Assembly (NCBI GenBank): GCA_019057795.1
Contig: JAHLWS010000059.1
Location: forward strand, 1 to 30,103
Source: Promethearchaeota archaeon
GTDB taxonomy: Archaea; Asgardarchaeota; Lokiarchaeia; Sigyniarchaeales; SOKP01
Direction: 5' to 3'
Length of the DNA stretch: 30,103 nucleotides
The notes beneath the pieces are model-generated. The model was not told where the DNA came from, made no database searches, and saw nothing but the letters and a program-made list of their open reading frames with translations. Of the stretch, positions 27,314 to 30,103 are shown in pieces (position 1 is the first letter of the stretch; each line of letters starts with the position of its first letter). The translations under genes and the position numbers were made by a program.

Positions 27314-28738
27314 ATGACGATTATTAGACCGCAAATTAAGGTATTAGATGAAGATTACAAAAATAAAATTTTTAACGAAGCTAAAAACATTCTTGAGACC
27401 CAAGGTGTTTTTGTAGAAAATGAAGACGCGATAGAATTGTTCGCTAAGAACGGAATTACCCATAAGGATTCGCGATTTTTTATCCCTTCTGATATTGTAG
27501 ATAAATGCTTGAGTAGTGTCCCTAATGAGATCAAACTATTTGATCGAGAAGGTAACGAGCATATTAACTTAAAGAACGATGAGGTTCACTTCGATCCCGG
27601 TTCAGCAGCAATTTTTATACTTGATGTAAATACAGGAGATATTAGAGAAGCTCTAACAGAAGACTTTATCAAGTTCTCAAAGGTTGTTGAACAATTAGAA
27701 TACATCGAAGCGCAAAGTACAGCAATAGTTTACAATGATGTTCCTAAAATAGCTCAAGATTGGCATCGATTGTATATAGCGCTCTTAAATTGTTATAAAC
27801 CCGTTATTACCGGAACATTTCGTAAAGAAAGTTTTTCAATTATGAAGGAGATTTTACTATCGTGTAGATTGTCAGAAAAAGACCTTGCTAAAAAACCATT
27901 GGCTATATTTGATGCGTGTCCAAGTCCACCACTGAAATGGTCCGATTTAACCACTCAATCGGTTATAGACGCAGCTAGTAGTATGATACCTTCGGAGTTT
28001 GTTTCTATGCCTTTAGCTGGAGCAAGTGCGCCGATGTCGTTAATTGGGTGTATTACTCAACACTGTGCTGAATGTCTTGCGGGAGTTGTAATTGCACAAT
28101 TGACGAAAAAAGGAGCTCCGTTAGTGTGGGGAGGGTCACCAGCAATATTGGACATGAAAAGAGGTACAACCCCGATGGGCGCAATTGAAACGATGATGAT
28201 TAACTTAGGAGATGTGGAAATCGGACGATTTCTAAAAATGCCTACTCATGCTTACATGGGTCTAAGTGACTCCAAAGTTCTAGATACCCAAGCTGGTTTC
28301 GAAGGAGGTATGGGAGCTCTTTTAGCTGGACTTGCTGGAGTTAACATGGTTTCAGGTGCCGGCATGTTAGATTTTGAATCCACGCAGAGCATTGAAAAAT
28401 TGGTAATCGATAACGAAATAGTAGGAATGGTAAAACGTCTCTTAAGAGGTATCGAAGATTACGGTGCTCCGTTCGCATCAGATATCCTTAAAGATTTCGA
28501 CGATAAAGAGGAATTGCTCTCCCACCCTTCAACATTAAAGCTATTCAGAAAAGAATTATTTATGGCTGGACCTGTAATAGATCGCTTGTCTCGAAACGCT
28601 TGGAAAGAAAATGGCTCTAAGTCTGCAAGAAAAAGAGCAAAGGAGCAGGCGACTAAACTCGCTGAGAAAGCTTCTTTAAAACCTATTGATGATAACCTAG
28701 CTAAAGAATTAGAAACTATTACTTCAAGGAATTTGTAA
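27314..28738 (+). CDS. Trimethylamine methyltransferase (MttB) superfamily protein, non-pyrrolysine type
   Basis: SPPLKW, LAGASAPMSLIG, GAPLVWG, DMKRG, GAIE, SDSKVLDTQAGFE, GAGML, KLVIDNE. Leu rather than an amber codon precedes SDSK. Confidence 0.92.
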   Translation: MTIIRPQIKVLDEDYKNKIFNEAKNILETQGVFVENEDAIELFAKNGITHKDSRFFIPSDIVDKCLSSVPNEIKLFDREGNEHINLKNDEVHFDPGSAAIFILDVNTGDIREALTEDFIKFSKVVEQLEYIEAQSTAIVYNDVPKIAQDWHRLYIALLNCYKPVITGTFRKESFSIMKEILLSCRLSEKDLAKKPLAIFDACPSPPLKWSDLTTQSVIDAASSMIPSEFVSMPLAGASAPMSLIGCITQHCAECLAGVVIAQLTKKGAPLVWGGSPAILDMKRGTTPMGAIETMMINLGDVEIGRFLKMPTHAYMGLSDSKVLDTQAGFEGGMGALLAGLAGVNMVSGAGMLDFESTQSIEKLVIDNEIVGMVKRLLRGIEDYGAPFASDILKDFDDKEELLSHPSTLKLFRKELFMAGPVIDRLSRNAWKENGSKSARKRAKEQATKLAEKASLKPIDDNLAKELETITSRNL

Positions 28739-28827
28739 ACTTTTTTAACACTCCCAAAACGAGAAATCTGTAGGTTCTGTTCTGCTATATCTTTAAGCAT
28801 AATTTAGAAGCTATCATAACTAAATAA

Positions 28828-30102
28828 TTAATTAATATGAACTAAATCGGAGTATAGCCCATTACCTAAATAATTAACTAAAACAACATTATTCTCAGAT
28901 TTTTCAATTGTATTCTCCATATTTAATATTTCTTGCCAAAATAAAGTTACTGAAGAATCATTATTAATTTCAAAGTTTGGAAAAACATAAGGACCTTTTG
29001 AAAAAATTCGATTATGTTCAATACTGAAATTATTTAATTCAAAAAAATATATTTGATAATTTTCATCACAAAAAGTCATAAATCCTTTAGTATTATTGTA
29101 ATATTTAATAATAGGATTAGAAATAGGAATGGTTGAATTAAATAATGATATAGGTGTTTCAAAAATGCCAGTCTTATTAGATGTAATATAAATATTTGTT
29201 TCATTTTCTATCCAAGAGAAATAAAATATATTTGAAAAATCACAAAAAACATTTAAATTTTCATTATTATCCGGAATATCAACAATATCACTTAAAGTTC
29301 GAGGTTTACTAAAATTCTTATTTTTAATTAAAGAATAGTAAAAAGTATTGTTACTTTTAAAAAAAAAATAGATTTCATCTAAATTATTTCTGCAAATCTT
29401 ATAATTATAAGAACTTTGATTTAGGAAAGTTAATGAATTTGATAAATTATATGAAAAAACAATCTCGGTTCTTTCTGAATGGTTATTTGTAAGAATATTG
29501 AAATCTAGACGACTGATAATAAATATGGGTTCTTGATTTCTATCTAAAGTAAAATAATATTCATTAATAGATCTATAAAATAAAGGAGGTGTTGCTGATA
29601 TGTCAGATTGAGAAATTGTTGAGAATTCAGTTTGATTTATTATAATTTTATCATAATAGCTTTCTATAATCCATGTACTAATAAAAGTTTTTGAATAATT
29701 TTCATATTCTATAAAAGGAGCTGAAAAATGTGCATCAGAAATGGCTTCAATTAGAATTTTACTATTACTTATTGTATCTTTATATGAATAGCTTGCTAAT
29801 TTTATATTTTTTTCAGTAACCCATATCAAATAAAATGTATTATTTATTTTAGTATATCTCCGTGATTTAAAAGAATTATGAATATTAATAGAATTAGAAT
29901 CAGTTGAGGTATCTTTATTTACCAAATCATAGATAGGAATAATAAAACATAACGAAAATATTATTAAATATATAAGTGATAACGACTTGATAATTCTTTT
30001 TTTGTAGGTGGTTAGATTTATTCGATAAAGATCTCTTGGTTTCTTTAAAGATAATCGAAATTGAAATAAATGGGTTAGGTTAAGAGAAGATCTAAATAAA
30101 AG
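28828..30102 (-). CDS. Membrane-anchored exported hypothetical protein (5' truncated by window edge)
   Basis: The frame stays open upstream of TTG 29925 to the window end (...TYKKRIIKSLSLIYLIIFSLCFIIPIYDLV), which adds a TM helix. The downstream domain is beta-rich with 14 N-x-S/T sequons. Confidence 0.75.
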   Translation of the reverse strand, partial: LLFRSSLNLTHLFQFRLSLKKPRDLYRINLTTYKKRIIKSLSLIYLIIFSLCFIIPIYDLVNKDTSTDSNSINIHNSFKSRRYTKINNTFYLIWVTEKNIKLASYSYKDTISNSKILIEAISDAHFSAPFIEYENYSKTFISTWIIESYYDKIIINQTEFSTISQSDISATPPLFYRSINEYYFTLDRNQEPIFIISRLDFNILTNNHSERTEIVFSYNLSNSLTFLNQSSYNYKICRNNLDEIYFFFKSNNTFYYSLIKNKNFSKPRTLSDIVDIPDNNENLNVFCDFSNIFYFSWIENETNIYITSNKTGIFETPISLFNSTIPISNPIIKYYNNTKGFMTFCDENYQIYFFELNNFSIEHNRIFSKGPYVFPNFEINNDSSVTLFWQEILNMENTIEKSENNVVLVNYLGNGLYSDLVHIN

Positions 30103-30103
30103 A

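Noticed and set aside
27314-28738. Pyrrolysine-containing MttB / methylotrophic methanogenesis
   Set aside because: There is no in-frame TAG, Leu occupies the site, and no pyl or mcr genes are in the window.
1072-28800. Antisense ORFs in the track (e.g. 1072-1266, 1849-2154, 3283-3516, 3522-3725, 4270-4473, 7489-7680, 8416-8655, 9788-10120, 14074-14331, 15999-16908, 17565-18305, 19142-19487, 23248-23430, 24552-24920, 26049-27103, 28459-28800)
   Set aside because: They are shadows of well-supported genes on the opposite strand. The similar pair 3522/4270 only mirrors the GTPase duplication.
1-30103. rRNA, tRNA, IS elements or integrases
   Set aside because: No GC-rich cloverleaf or rRNA-like segment and no transposase or integrase motif was recognised by eye; a covariance-model scan was not run.

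Overview
AT-rich, intron-free prokaryotic DNA that most likely comes from an Asgard archaeon (Lokiarchaeia-like). This is inferred from three Rab-like small GTPases without prenylation motifs, an MCT-1/Tma20-type PUA protein, archaeal TATA-like promoters and sequon-rich surface proteins. From left to right the window holds: a 5'-truncated WD40/FN3-like/TM surface protein with near-identical 123-bp repeats; a membrane metallophosphoesterase; two tandem-duplicated Rab-like GTPases; a 2H phosphoesterase and a PUA protein; two small hypotheticals; tryptophanase; a third GTPase; three MFS transporters and an SCP2-like protein. Next comes a roughly 8-kb + strand cluster with a HAD phosphatase, a double-domain PlsC-type acyltransferase, DUF2229/HgdD-like subunits, an HgdC-type activase, a degenerate acyltransferase and small helical proteins. 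After that are a GNAT, a 2-TM hypothetical, a probable gene remnant, a corrinoid protein/homocysteine methyltransferase/non-pyrrolysine MttB operon and a 5'-truncated exported protein. The lead hypothesis is that 13983-22814 encodes a split PlsA/PlsR (Ger)-like ester-to-ether reductase clustered with fatty-acyl transferases. That would be a candidate bacterial/eukaryote-type acyl or alk(en)yl-ether glycerolipid pathway in an archaeon. All family assignments come from motif recognition by eye; no database search was run.
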